A stretch of 63,735 bases of DNA, counting the filler, from Lenisia limosa (Eukaryota > Protista > Breviatea), in the NCBI GenBank assembly GCA_001655205.1. It is 13 parts of 13 records of this genome, joined end to end, with 100 filler letters (N's around TTAATTAATTAA, not from the genome) between each part and the next. Parts side by side here need not be neighbours in the genome. Positions count along the whole stretch, not along the records: positions 30,545 to 44,096 come from LPNZ01007666.1; positions 44,197 to 51,089 come from LPNZ01011211.1; 11 more parts are not named here. One strand, written 5' to 3'. Position numbers and translations under genes: made by a program. Under the pieces are notes generated by a model that was not told the origin of the DNA, ran no database searches, and worked only from the letters and a program-made list of their open reading frames with translations. Positions 36,738 to 50,200 of the stretch are shown one piece after another; within the stretch, counting starts at the first letter, position 1, and each line of letters begins with the position of its first letter.

Positions 36738-39700
36738 ATGAGGAGCGTGCAAGAAGAGCGCTGGCTTCTTCTCGAGTTCTGCGCTGTGTTGTTTCTGTCG
36801 TGCTTCACCCTTGGGCTGAGCCATGCAACTGCGGATCAAGAAGCGGGTATGATTTGAGGTGTTGTATGAACAATCTTCGGGCGATAGGAGGTGACTAGGA
36901 GGGTTAGTTTTATTCCTCCAGTGACCATCATCATCAGGGTTGAAGGAACTATACACCTTTCTTCCCGTCACTTATTTATTTATTTCAAATGGACACATCT
37001 TGTCAATTGGGATTTATATTCCATATTCAGGATTGAATATGTAGCGATACAGAGATACAAATCATATGAGCCTTAGATTCCCAACTCAGTATCAGATCGT
37101 CGTCAATATTTGTTTTTCATCACCGTATACCTGTTCTAGAGAAATGGGTAGTTGTTAGGTTGAATTGATTGGCCGAGTATAGTTTGTCAACCCGTTTCAC
37201 CCGCCCCACCCCTTTTTTTGTTGCTTCAATNNNNNNNNNNNNNNNNNNNNNNNNNNNNNNNNNNNNNNNNNNNNNNNNNNNNNNNNNNNNNNNNNNNNNN
37301 NNNNNNNNNNNNCTGGATGAGGATCATCGCTGTAAATGGCACCATCAGGACTTGGAGGTTTGCGGTGCATTTGTTGAGTCATTTACACATTTGTATACGA
37401 TGCGTATTCTCATGCACAAACGTGGTGAGGCACGTGATAAGAGGTTCTACTGGACAGAAATCATTGTTCCCAATTTCACACCTGTAGCTTGAGCCCAACT
37501 GCTGGACCTGTCTTCCTAAAAGACCTAGATTCAAAGAATGTGGGTCTTTTTTTGTTTTCATACAAGGGCTTTGTCAACCCTCGTGTTGTCAGCCAACAGA
37601 GTGATTTGGGGTTTTTTGTTTCATAAATTTTCCAATTTTATCCCCCACCCCTCCCAATAAACAAGAGTAACTTGCTCCTAACTATACAGTGATAATGTGG
37701 ACGGCTTCGGTCAGATTCAACATTATTTTTTATTTCTCATCACTAACGATACAGTGATAATGGTGGGGGATGACTCGGCAAAAGTGCTGGCAAGCTGCAT
37801 GGCCTATATGATCAATTTCTACGACCCCGAAAGCGAGAGTTTTCCCGAGGTTGGGGGCATGCCCTTCTTTGGTTGCTTGGCCTTATTTTTTTTTGTTTTC
37901 TAAGCATTTAATCATTCTCTCTAAATACTGCATTCCCAATCTCACCCCCTTAGGACCTTATCGCATCATGCCGGCCGCTGAAGTTGCAGGTCGACACCTC
38001 AGGTGACGCCGATGTCCCGTCAGTCTACCGCCCTCTCGAGGCTGAAACTTGTGAGCATGAAAGGAATGGGGAGTGGGAATGGGGCGTGGGAATTATTCTG
38101 AGTTATCACACTGAGTCATTGAGTAAACATTTTCTTATTAAACAGTCAACGGGACCGTTTTGGTTCGATTCGTCTACGCGGCCACACTGCGACAAGCCTT
38201 AAGTGCCCTTCTAGAAATGAAGGACTTCAGCCGACAGGACCATGCAATCATGTTCAGTCTCGGCCTAAGCGATTCCCTGTGGGGGGGTGGTGGGGGATTG
38301 ATACCGACCGAGAGAGACTGTAAAGCGAGAGAGGATTTCCAGTCGCAATTGATCATTTTGCAACATATTGTTCTGGGAGCGACGACGTGGAACTGCTGTG
38401 TGGTTACCCTTCAAATATGTATATATATTCCACCAGGAATCATGTCAGCAAAATATCATATTTGTAGGGACTACCCTTCAAACATCGTGGAAACCATTGC
38501 CTCTTTTACAAAGGTTTGTAGTAGCCCCACCTCCCTTTTTTGTTTTTTTCACACCCAATGTGCTTTTTTTGACATCTCTTTTCCAGTTGTGTGAAAATAG
38601 TCCTAATGATTATCGGCTCCACGGCCACCATACTGTAAAATACAGATAACTCCTGTGGTTTAACCTAGTCTATTTCTCTTGTGACCCATACAGCTGATTG
38701 ACAAGACGCATAGCTCTCTCATTTGGCTCGGACCTTTTGCTGTATCGGAGCATCGCCTTATCACTCCGCCCAAGTTAGTCTGTGCTCTCTGCTTCGCCAT
38801 TATATGTATTTCATAACAATGATTGGGTGAATTAGTATGATACCATAATCCAATATCTCTTAAAAGCGTGANNNNNNNNNNNNNNNNNNNNNNNNNNNNN
38901 NNNNNNNNNNNNNNNNNNNNNNNNNNNNNTATCTGGCCGAAGCCGTCCCCACCATCACGCTTAAATATAAGAGATATTGGATTAAAGTATAACACTTCAC
39001 CCAATCATTTGCCTTGCAACTCTGTGCACACAGCTTTCTGAGTGCCTCCGCGATATTTTTTTCATATTCATCATGTCACCACACAGAATTACCGCAAAAA
39101 TGCTTTCGTTTCATGTGGCAGTCACATGCTCCATTGTTACCACTTAGGTACTTCCGCAATAGATCAATCAGAATGCTGGACTCCTTTGTGCGGATGGTGT
39201 GGCAGTCACCAATCAACTACCCCCTTTTCAACATCACCATCGCTGCTCGAGATATCGACTTTGCTGGTATGCGCTACTTTGGGGGGATCACCTGATCACA
39301 TTTGAAAAAAGCACCTTTTCTGTACTAAGGGAGTTTACTGGAAACTTAAACTCACTCAGACTTGGATACCACCTTTCTATTGGCTTTACATTGCTAATTA
39401 AGTTACTGTGTTTTATTTATTAAAGCCGTCACCTCCTTTTTTGTGGTGTTTATAATCATCCAGGTTGTGATATCAGTCCATACACATTTTCCAAAAATAA
39501 AATGTTCATCGAAATGTGCTGACACCCCCAGGACAACATACTCTACAGCCGTCGTACATGGCCAATGTCGCGACCGCTATCATTCACCAGCTTCAGACAG
39601 GACCACGTAACCTTTCTGTTCGAGGGGTGAAGAATGGCAGCTCCCAGGGTTATGATCAAAATTTAATTGAAATTCAACCGCATAAGAAACATTCATAAAT

Positions 39701-42060
39701 CATGATTACTATATCATATCATACACTCAGAGATTGACGGTTAAGATATGAACTAATTAGGATAATTAATGACTACTTAATTTTGCAAATGCTACAAGTA
39801 ATTATGACTGACCCAACAGGACTGTTCTTATGTTCTTGGTAAATCAGGGAACACCACCTATCAGCTGAAGCCGCGTCCACAGTCCATAACTGTATGGGGG
39901 GTCAACTTAAGATCACCATAGATGAGTTGTTTAATCCCCATTCACCAAAAAGAAAGGGTTTTACAAATATTTTCTTTTTTTATTATTACTCGGTTTTGAT
40001 CAGATAATATTAACATATTCCTTTCTCACTTTTTAGATTGCTGGGGACCGAGTGGGTATCTTCAAAAGCCCCGAAGAGAACCTGGGTGATAAAATAGGTG
40101 GGGTGTTTGTTCAGAAGATACTCTATTTGTTTGCACGCCCATGATTCTAAACATTGAATATTCCGATTAATCATCTCTAGAAGCTACCAATCTTGTTCTT
40201 CCACTTTCCTTATCCGCTCAGATGTGCTGCCCCTCCACAACCTGACTTTTGCTATCAACCCAAAACTGGAGAAGCGGGAGTTCCGTGTGCTAGCCGTTGG
40301 TGATGCCATTACGGAGTCATGCTGCTTCCGGGACCGCATATATGGCCAGTGGGGGGAAAGGTCATGATGGATGCTCTTGTTCTGGATCCAGAGGCGTTAA
40401 GCTGAGTTACACTTAGGGCTTCACTTCGGTTCGAAAAATGCCGGCAAAATATCGATAGTTTTCGAGGATTCATCGAGAAATTCAGTCTTTTTTTGAACCG
40501 AAGTGAAGCCCTAATTGCACTTACACTTCATACATCGGTACCCGTTGCATTTCACCAAATTTATCTTCTTCTTTTGATTAATACCTAATTTTGCACTTCC
40601 CCGTTTTATACTTTCAGACCAGTTCGTTGTCAATTCTGTCGGAACAGCTGGAGAGCATACGCATCAACAGCTTTCGCAAAGTACAACAGTTTCATAAAGT
40701 GGGAGTAGTAGCCTTTTGCCCCACTGAGAAGACAATGATCCATCATACTGTGTTGTAGTTATTTCGATTCAAGGGTCATGGCAGGCTTTATTTTGGGACT
40801 TACAGGTTCAATTTTGTATTTTGATATTGAACCTCTTCTCTTCACATCAGTCCTCAAATTTGCTTCATTCACACATGTAGTTTTGTCGGATCACGTTCAG
40901 GAGTGAGTAACGGAATTACAAACGCAAAGGGCGTACACCCCATGTGGGCTCTTTTTATTGCACCAATTGTTTAATATGTTATCGTATTGTTTTACTTTAC
41001 AAAGGTCTTTTAGTGATGATAGTGGGCATGTTTGTACATACAGAAAGTGCGTAACTGACACCTTTAGGAACATTGGGAGCTTCAGTCTTGGACACGCTGC
41101 AGCGTTTGGTGCCACCTCCACTAACATCCTTGAAACAGTTGACTACTCCATTCGTAACTTCTTTCCCGAACTGGTTGTTATCCACCTGGGTAAGCAGGTT
41201 TAACTTTCCGGCTGTTTATCCAATTAATGTTGTTAATCGCTTCCACATTTTTGTTTTTTTAGGCATTTTATTTTTGGTAAATTTTTACTCTTAAGGTACA
41301 ATGGAAATCATCAGTGGCCTCCCCATCCATGAAGTTTTCCTGTCTGTATCCAAGTTAGCAGAGACGGCTTGTGACGCACAGCATAAACCGGCAGTTCTTC
41401 TTTCCTTGGTAGTTGGGTTTAAGTTGTCTCAAAGAGTTGCTTGTAGACTGTACTTTGACAAACGCTTAGTTACATCCTGAAACTATTTCCCTTGTTGTTT
41501 ACTCTCGCAGATTATTCCAACCTCTCTCTCTGGTGACTGTTCAAAGCGGATCCAGTACCTGAACAAGCAGTTGCGGGCGGCCTACCCTATGTTGATGGAT
41601 GACAACCAATCAAAGGTTGGTCACTCAATAATCCACTTCCCAATCACAACAAAAACAACCTGCCTTCCAATCAAAAAAATAAATATTGTTTTTGACGTTT
41701 TGTTTTTTGTCCGACTAAGTCTCTCAGACCGGTCATAAGGCGTGCCGAGGCTTGGAGTATGCGAGTTGCATTCGTTTGATCGATATGCACATGGCCGTTA
41801 ATGAGGCGCAACTGTTTGACCACATCCACCCGAATAACTCTGGCGAGGAGTCAATGGGCCAGACTTATGCGGAAGGGATCATTTATGCTGTGAGAAGGTT
41901 ATTTTCTTTACCTATTTGATGGTTTTTGGATCATCTGTGATCATATACACATTTTACACTATATCCATCAGAGGCACATTCCCTTGTTCACCCTCCAGGC
42001 AAGTCAGCTGCTGGAGTCTTCATGACAATTCGCCATTTTTAATTTCTTTTATCTGATTTT
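36738..42060 (+). CDS. Secreted multi-domain protein with C-terminal SGNH/GDSL-hydrolase-like domain (catalytic Ser absent)
   Basis: Signal-peptide-like start MRSVQEERWLLLEFCAVLFLSCFTLGLSHA. In-phase exons 40223-41890 give RVLAVGDAITE..WRAY..GHAAAFGATSTNIL..FPELVVIHLGTME..IIPT..IRLIDMH..FDHIHPNNSGEESM (blocks I, II, III, V). Confidence 0.75.
40414..40513. mobile_element. hAT-type MITE family A1 (about 100 bp), reference copy
   Basis: TIR TAGGGCTTCACTTCGGTTC..GAACCGAAGTGAAGCCCTA with degenerate 8-bp TSD gttacact/attgcact. Other copies at about 6845, 8828, 10930, 12174, 23719, 45119, 48872, 59951, 61196 and 63572. Confidence 0.85.
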
Positions 42061-42592
42061 CTGATTTCACCATACGATATGTTATGTATTGATGAATATA
42101 CATATATATGAGCTATTTTGTTTTACCTTCCTGCCTTGTAAAGTAAGTTACTTTTTGAGGAGGTGGCAGCCGCCTTGGGTGGCGGCGTGTGTGTTATTTT
42201 TTGTAATTCAACATACATTATTGGAGTAGGGAAAACCGCCTTTGAATCCTGATTGAATCTAACCATAATTGCTTGATAATTGCTGTAGTAAAATTCTAAA
42301 AGTAACACACAATCAGACAGAAGGTCCAGCATATGATGACACCTAACAACATGCCATCATAATATAACATACCAAGAGCTAGACGATCTTTTGATCTATC
42401 TGCGCCAGTATGTCATTTTCATTGTCATTTGCATGCTATTTTATATAAAAATATAATAAAGACAGTTTGACGACAGCTTGCAGAGAGCAGCAGAAGAGAA
42501 GGGGACGCAGAGGAGAAAAATACGGAACAGCAATCAGAAATCATCCGACAATGCTTCATATCTTCTTGTTGGTTGGTTAAGAGGATCACGTC

Positions 42593-44096
42593 TATGAACC
42601 TATTGCTATCTGTCTTTGTTACCTCTTTGTTCTCCGACAGTTTGGGAGGGAGGGGGGGGGTNNNNNNNNNNNNNNNNNNNNNNNNNNNNNNNNNNNNNNN
42701 NNNNNNNNNNNNNNNNNNNNNNNNNNNNNNNNNNNNNNNNNNNNNNNNNNCGTATCTAGAGCTACGGAGGAGTGGAATGTTATGGAATTTCAGAAGGGAG
42801 GTGAATCACTTCTGGGTTTTGGTATCCACACCCTCCTCGATCCACACAGCAATCACACAGAAACAGTTGTATTCCTCTCAGAATTGTATATATTGGGTTG
42901 TAAAAAACAATTGGAATGCAATTGATTGTTAAGAATTTGCGCGCTGTTCCAGCTTTGCTCTTCTGCAACAATGCTTGGACTATCTTCTTCGGGAATCAGC
43001 ACCTTTGGCTCTCTGAGGTTTGTGGCCCCAATTTTTGATACAGCGTACATACATATTTTCAATCATTCATATAGGAGGCCTGTATTAGTACAATATAATA
43101 GTCCTCCTGCGTGTCTTATATAATAATCTGAATATGATTGAAAACTATTGTACTCTTTCAAAACATGTGGATGGTGTCGTTACGTCTGTTTGTGTCTCCA
43201 TTTTTTAACGCACCAGGGTAGAATCCCAGGCGACACATGATGACGATGTTTTGACACTGGTAAGGAGTGCCATCTATCGTTGTTTATATTATCATGTCTG
43301 TACATGTAGTGTATTATGTTAGTAGATACAACTTTTTTTCTGCTAGCATACGTTGTATATCTACAAATTTAGTAAGGTCATATAGTGCACTATTTACAAA
43401 ATTGAAATGATAATCGTCCCATCTTACTCACTCCAGAAATACATGAAGTCGAACTTTATTCAAAGTTGGTTTGTTTGTTGTTTTATTCACACGGATCTTT
43501 GTTTCTGTAGAATATCGAGTTTAATTAAGGTTTTGCTCTTTTGAATGCCAACAATGTTCCCACCTCTTTAGGCTGCCTCAGCAACCTCCCTGCCACTTCT
43601 GCAGGGTTATATCCAGAACTGTCAAACCTCCGATACGGTCCGGATTATATCACTGCTGACGTGACTGTTATAGTGGGAAGTTGGTTGCTTAGATCACATA
43701 AGCAGTTTATTGTATAATAATATAAAATAAATCGCCTCCTCTTTATGACACAGCTTTTTGCATAATGCTAGCTGATGTGACTGTTTGATGGTTTCGTATG
43801 GCTTGAAGGTGCACAGTATACCAAGGTGTTAATTTTTTCAGGGAACTTGTCCCCTTGGTGAGTACAGAACCCCCTTAACATTGACGTGCACACAAGCCGG
43901 CTGGTCGGCCAATATGACATGTGGGCCACCTATAAAGTGTCAGGACCTTGCCAGTCTCGGCTCCGGCTACTACACCCTCAAAAACGCAAATGTTGGCGCA
44001 TGGTGGTGTTTTCTTCTGTTGTGAAATAAGCGTCTGTTGTTTTTCTGACCGCACAGACCACCACAGACGTTTACTGCCGTGAGGATATTGATGGAG
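42593..44096 (+). CDS. Fibrinogen-like YCxxxxxGGxW-domain protein (paralog 2), truncated at contig end
   Basis: Exons VESQATHDDDVLTL; CLSNLPATSAGLYPELSNLRYGPDYI; GTCPLGEYRTPLTLTCTQAGWSANMTCGPPIKCQDLASLGSGYYTLKNANVGA; TTTDVYCREDIDG. About 220 nt are nearly identical to the reverse complement of 34725-34945. Confidence 0.65.
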
Positions 44097-44257
44097 NNNN
44101 NNNNNNNNNNNNNNNNNNNNNNNNNNNNNNNNNNNNNNNNTTAATTAATTAANNNNNNNNNNNNNNNNNNNNNNNNNNNNNNNNNNNNNNNNNNNNAGAG
44201 TTGATTTCGGGCTTTTTTGTTTCATAAATTTTCCAATCTAACTCCCCACCCTCCCAG

Positions 44258-47200
44258 ATTCGGACGTGAGCGGTTTCCTGAGCCCCCTAGTCTCCCCATC
44301 TCCCGTCTCCTCGCGCACTGCGGCATCGCAGGACTATAGGCAAACAGCTGGAAATATCAGTGACGGTGACACTGACGTTCGAGTACCACAACCTCGCAAG
44401 TCGCCAGTGCTACTGCTTTCACCGCTCCAATACCATTCAGATAAAGACCCCGAGAAGCCTCCCACCGGAACGTCAATTAGCAATTCCCTACAAACTTCCC
44501 CCGAAAAACCCATCCTTGATGAATCTACTCCGCCCACCTTCACAGAACTCCCAAAAACTCCCTCTAGCAATTCCGCGGTTAGTCTGGGATCTTCACACCC
44601 CTCAGAAATGCAAACGCAAAATTCAATTCCCCCCGAAAATATCACTGCTGATTACCCCGAAATCTCCCGGGTACCTGAAGCGAAGTCGGGCACCTCGGAA
44701 GACAGCAGGGGGGTACCAGAGCCGACCTCGCCAAAAAGGCCCGAGGTTTTGCCGCTTGTCACGTCATCACAGTTCCAAGTGGTTTCGCACAACCTTTCAG
44801 ACCAATTAATTCCTCCGATCGAGGCTGAAGAGGTATGTTTGAATGTTTTTGGCAAAACAACACAATGGCGCATTGACCTGTCTTTTTTTTTCACACGTAT
44901 GGACTATCATTTTCCAGTGATATGATACCTCATATCCACTTGTGTGATAATTGACCGACAAGTTAATGATACTCTGATACACTCAGGATGAATCCCCATG
45001 TAACTTCGTTCATCATTTCGACTTGAAAGTCGGTCATATGATCATATCACCAGTGGATATGGGTCAACATGTCAATAATACGGATATATACATATTATTA
45101 TATATTACACAAAACTACTAGGGCTTCACTTCGGTTCGAAAAAAGACTGAATTTCTCGATAAATCTTCGAAAACTATCGATATTTTACCTGTTTTTCGAA
45201 CCAAAGTGAAGCCCTAATTATTACATATGTTGAATGACATTCTTAGATCCTACCACCCAGATGTGAATTGATTAGATCAAGGTTTGGGGGAGTGGGGTGT
45301 ACTATGCGCGAAGCTTGGGATATAATAATAATAAAAAAAAACAGAAAACAAAAGAAAAAACATAAAGGAAAGAAGAAAAAAGTGTGCCATCATCATCATC
45401 ATCATCTTATCTTAACCATCATCAACAACAAAAAAATTATAATCATCACCATCTTCATCTTCATCTTCATCNNNNNNNNNNAAATCATCATCTTCAACAC
45501 AACAAATTCATCTTCATCACCCCCCCCAGGTCTTTGGAATTCATTGCATCACACATATCTGCAAGCCCAAGCACGAGAAACGGCCAGGTAAATTGAGGGG
45601 TCTAATTTGGGTTAGTTGTTCTCTACCCCTCGTGTGTTGCTAGACAACAGAGTTTATTTTTGGATTTTTTTTTTTTTTTTNNNNNNNNNNNNNNNNNNNN
45701 NNNNNNNNNNNNNNNNNNNNNNATAATCATTTCTCCAGATTTCCCATTACTCCACCATCTTTTCTCTTTCACTTCAGCAAATCCTTTCATTCATTTCTCC
45801 AGATTTCCACATTTTCAACAGCAAAATTTAGCCCCCATGCAGCCCTTAAAGAAGGCAAGGTTGTCGTTACCGGCGTCTCTCAGACGGACTGGTGCAGAGT
45901 GGGGGGTGTAGCACTTGAGTTTATATACTGCACATGTATGTTATATCATCAAGTCGATGCGCCATAGTGTAACCGATGGTCACTGGCCGGCCCGAGGAGC
46001 CTCTAAGGGATCAGATGGCCCTTTTCTAGGGCTCCATGCAATTATTTGAAAAATAATTGCAAAATTTGAAATGCGACAAATTGTAATGTTAACTAACTCA
46101 ATTTGAGACACTTTAATTGCAAACTTTATAAATTTCTTCAATAATAGCACGGAGTTCTAGTAATCATAGAGATGAGTAATAAAAAAAACTTTTTTTTTCT
46201 CATCTATGATTATTATGAAAAAAAAAACAATAAGTTGCATTTGGCAGAAGCCATCCACCCCACCACGCTGATAAGATATTGGATTTTAGAATACTATACT
46301 TTTTCCATTGGCTTTTCCCTCACCCCTATAGACACGACAGCGTGCGAACACACAGCCAATTATGTCCATGTTTAATAGGGAAAATGCCGACGACTTTGTT
46401 TCACATTCAGTGGGTATTATTTCTCTTGTTAAATAAAAACATAAACTTGTTTCCAAAATTGTCCAATGGTACCATTGTCAAGTTGTAGCGTTGATTATTC
46501 GATTAGTACCTTTATGCCAATATTTTTCATCGAAATTACATTCGTTTGACCCCGCCCCCCTCACAGACCCGATCCCGTGGGCTGGCCATTAACACCACCG
46601 CCTTGGCGCCCCCAGCCTACNNNNNNNNNNNNNNNNNNNNNNNNNNNNNNNNNNNNNNNNNNNNNNNNNNNNNNNNNNNNNNNNNNNNNNNCGCTCACCT
46701 TCGAATGCAAACTCCGACAAGTGAAAGGTTTGGGCTGGGCTGCCTTATTTGGAAGATTTCAGTTGTCTTATTTGGAATGTAGTTGTTGTGTTTGGAAAGT
46801 TACCTACAATATAGGCCGTATTGTGAAGATGGGCTTTACAATATGTTGTTTTTTTCGTACGCAATATTATGCCAATTAGTGGTTATTTTTTATGGTATCC
46901 GATGTATTCTTTTTTTATACATACATAGGTATGTGGGGGGTTGTACCTACATATGTATTTTATTATGCACGCATATAGCTGTGCACACAGAGTTGTAAGG
47001 CAAATGATTGGGTGAATTATATTATATTCCAANNNNNNNNNNNNNNNNNNNNNNNNNNNNNCTTATCAGCATGATGGTGTGGACGGCTTCGGCCAGATAA
47101 AACACTTGTTTTTTGTTTTTTTTTCATCTCAAAAGTAGTTATCATACTATGATAGATATATTCTTTTGTATCTCGAGATTAGATTTATTTTGCAGATTAT

Positions 47201-50200
47201 CTTGCTTTCACAAAACTGATCGCCCTTGATTCCCCTGTAGTCCTTTAGAAGAATCAACCCCTTCTTCCGCTCCCTCTCCAATCCTCAGGAATTCGCCTCA
47301 AGTTCCTCGTGACGTTAACATTGTCAAAAAGGTTACGCTAAGTACCAAGTTCAGCCAAGATGTTGATGTCTGCACGGTTCTCTCTTTTTGAAGTAAAAAT
47401 TCTAGGGCTCCGTGCAATTAATTGAAACAATAATTGCAAAATTTGAAGTGGGACATTGTGTAATCGGAACTCCTTTTCAGACACTTTAATTTCTAATTTT
47501 GTCAATTAATTTCCTCAAAAAATTAATTGCACAAGCCCTAAGAAAATATCCAAAGTGTCATACATATGCACATGCATATTTTAAATGTATATTATTATAC
47601 AATATATATAAATATGTATATATGTTTNNNNNNNNNNNNNNNNNNNNNNNNNNNNNNNNNNNNNNNNNNNNNNNNNNNNNNNNNNNNNNNNNNNNNNNNN
47701 NNNNNNTCTTTTTATTAGGTACATGTTGATGATATATGTATGTATGATATGAAAAAATATCTTACGTACGCTGGAGTGATAGGAGGCGGTGCTGCAGAAG
47801 CGATTGGCTCGGGCTTTTTGTTTTGTTGTTATCAGCCCTTGTGTGTCAGCCAACAGAATTGATTTTGGTCTTTTTTTTTTTGTTTCTTAAATTTTCCAAT
47901 TTTAAAGTTGATTTGGGCTTTATGTTTCATAAGTTTTCCAATTTTACCCCCCCCCCCCNNNNNNNNNNNNNNNNNNNNNNNNNNNNNNNNNNNNNNNNNN
48001 NNNNNNNNNNNNNNNNNNNNNNNNNNNNNNNNNNNNNNNNNNNNNNNNNNNNNNNNNNNNNNNNNNNNGACGGTCAGCCAGAAATGCTGTTACCAGACCT
48101 GCTAGATTTCGGTTTGTGAGTAAATCACATTAAAATTCAATATTAATGACGATATTTTGTACCTTACACCTCACGCCCGACACCAAGCTGCTACTTATTA
48201 TTAATTCACCCAATTAGAAACCTTCCCACTCTGCTTAATCTATAAATCTCTTATAAGCGTGCTGGTGTTTGCTTTGGCGAAGGTTTAATCCCCCTTCACT
48301 TGTGAATATCCTTTTATTGTTCAAAAAAGGGAACATACCTCCTTCTCTTAACTATTAATGCGTTACTTTGACATGTTTCATTACCCACCCTGCTTAGATC
48401 GATCCTACACGGAGCTACTCACCTCCAATCGCTTCTTCGCTTCCTTCCTCAGAGACAAATTGTCGTATCTGGATGTGGAAATGGAGAATCAAGTGGGGGG
48501 GGGCGGTAAATTTCGGTGAACGTCGGCTCGGCTCGGTTCAATTCGGAAAAGGGCTTTTTGATCTCAATTCGGTTCGATGAATTGATGAAATACCGAGCTG
48601 AACCGAACTGAATCGAAGTGAACCGAAGTGAAACTGGGGAGGCACGCAGAAAGCTGTGTGCACAGACTACATATATCGTATTTCATTTCTTCACACCCCA
48701 GTACACTGACGATCTTCTCGAGTCCTTCCCTTTCCTCAAAAACGACATGACGCTTCTGGTGGCCTCTCATTTTATCATGATAACAGGGCTTTTGTTCGAG
48801 CTCAATGAGTCGTCGAATGCGTAAGTGGGGTGTTTTTTTTGTGTGTGTGTAAAGCAGGGTGCCAACAAAAGGTTTTCACTTCAGTTCGAAAAATCCCGGT
48901 AAAATTTCTATCATTTTTGAAGATTTATCGAGAAATTCACCCTGTTTTCCAACCGAAGTAAAGCCTTAGTGCCAACCCATAAACTGGCTACATTATTACA
49001 TCACTGCGTTGAATTGACTATGTTAGTCAGATGCTACCTGTTTTCATTTCTCATCTGCTGCAGCGGCCTGTCCATTTTCCTAGCAGTTGTCCTGCTACTT
49101 CTTGCACTCGCTACGCTCAACATCCACTTGCTGCTGGAAATCCTGCGATGTGACGAACCTGGAAGCGCGTTAGCTTTCATCCATATGTGCACCATGGTGA
49201 CTGTGGTGAGCAGAGGAAATTGGAATCTTTGATATTTCTGGAGTTATTTTGTTATTCAGTCGCTAATTAATCTAATATGTTTAATGTATATTCCATGTCA
49301 ATATATTCCATGTCTATTCTCCCACCTCATTTGTTCTGATTTCCAAATTTATCATTTTATCTCCTCAGCTACTTACCAACACTTTCAACCTTGGAATTGG
49401 CACATTTTGCGTGGCGCTGGCGTCTGTGCTTGCCACGCACACTCTGGCCTTCTCAAAACTGGTTCGTGGGGGTTATTATCTTTTATGGATTTCATCAATT
49501 ACTTTCTAGCTTGGAGACGGAGTGTGGAACCTAAGAATCCTGCTCTTCAACTCCCTGATCTTTACCCTGTGGTTCCTTGCCAAAATGTCATGGCCGCGAC
49601 TTTGGATTTCTGCCGTTCTGATTTTTGCTCTTTTTGTCGGTATGCTGGGGAGGAACGCTGTGTGAAGAGTTGTAAGGAAATTGATTGGGTGAATTAATAT
49701 TATACTATGATTCAATATCTCTTCTAAGTGTGGTGGTGTGGACAGCTTCAGCCATATTCAACCTTGTTTTATTTTACAGAAGGATACTATGTTGCTATCA
49801 TTGTTTGTGTCCCTCTTTACCTGAAATAAACTATTTAAACACATTACTGCATTTAAGATTTTTTGTAACACGCCAGGCCTGAGCGTGGCCTTCACACTCA
49901 TCTCTAATGACACTCTTGGCGTTAGAGTAATAAAAAAACTCTAATACAACATTATGGGCAATAAATACTCCAGGTAAAAGCATAAAAAACAACTCCGATA
50001 TATTATGACAGGCTATGACATGCATTAAACAACACCCCTTGTTTTATTTCTTTAATTATAACGCGCCAGGCTTGAGCGTGGCCTTCAACAACGCGCAAAT
50101 GACGCGCAGAATGGCGTGTCGCCACTATCTCCTGGTATGCTCCGACCTCGCGGTTTTCGACTTCCTACGCCGCCGGTTTCACCCCGTCATTATCCGGGCT

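Noticed and set aside
40340-40400. Frameshift or pseudogene in the SGNH gene at the G6 run
   Set aside because: A donor at GAAAG|gtcatg restores a continuous frame with the next two exons.
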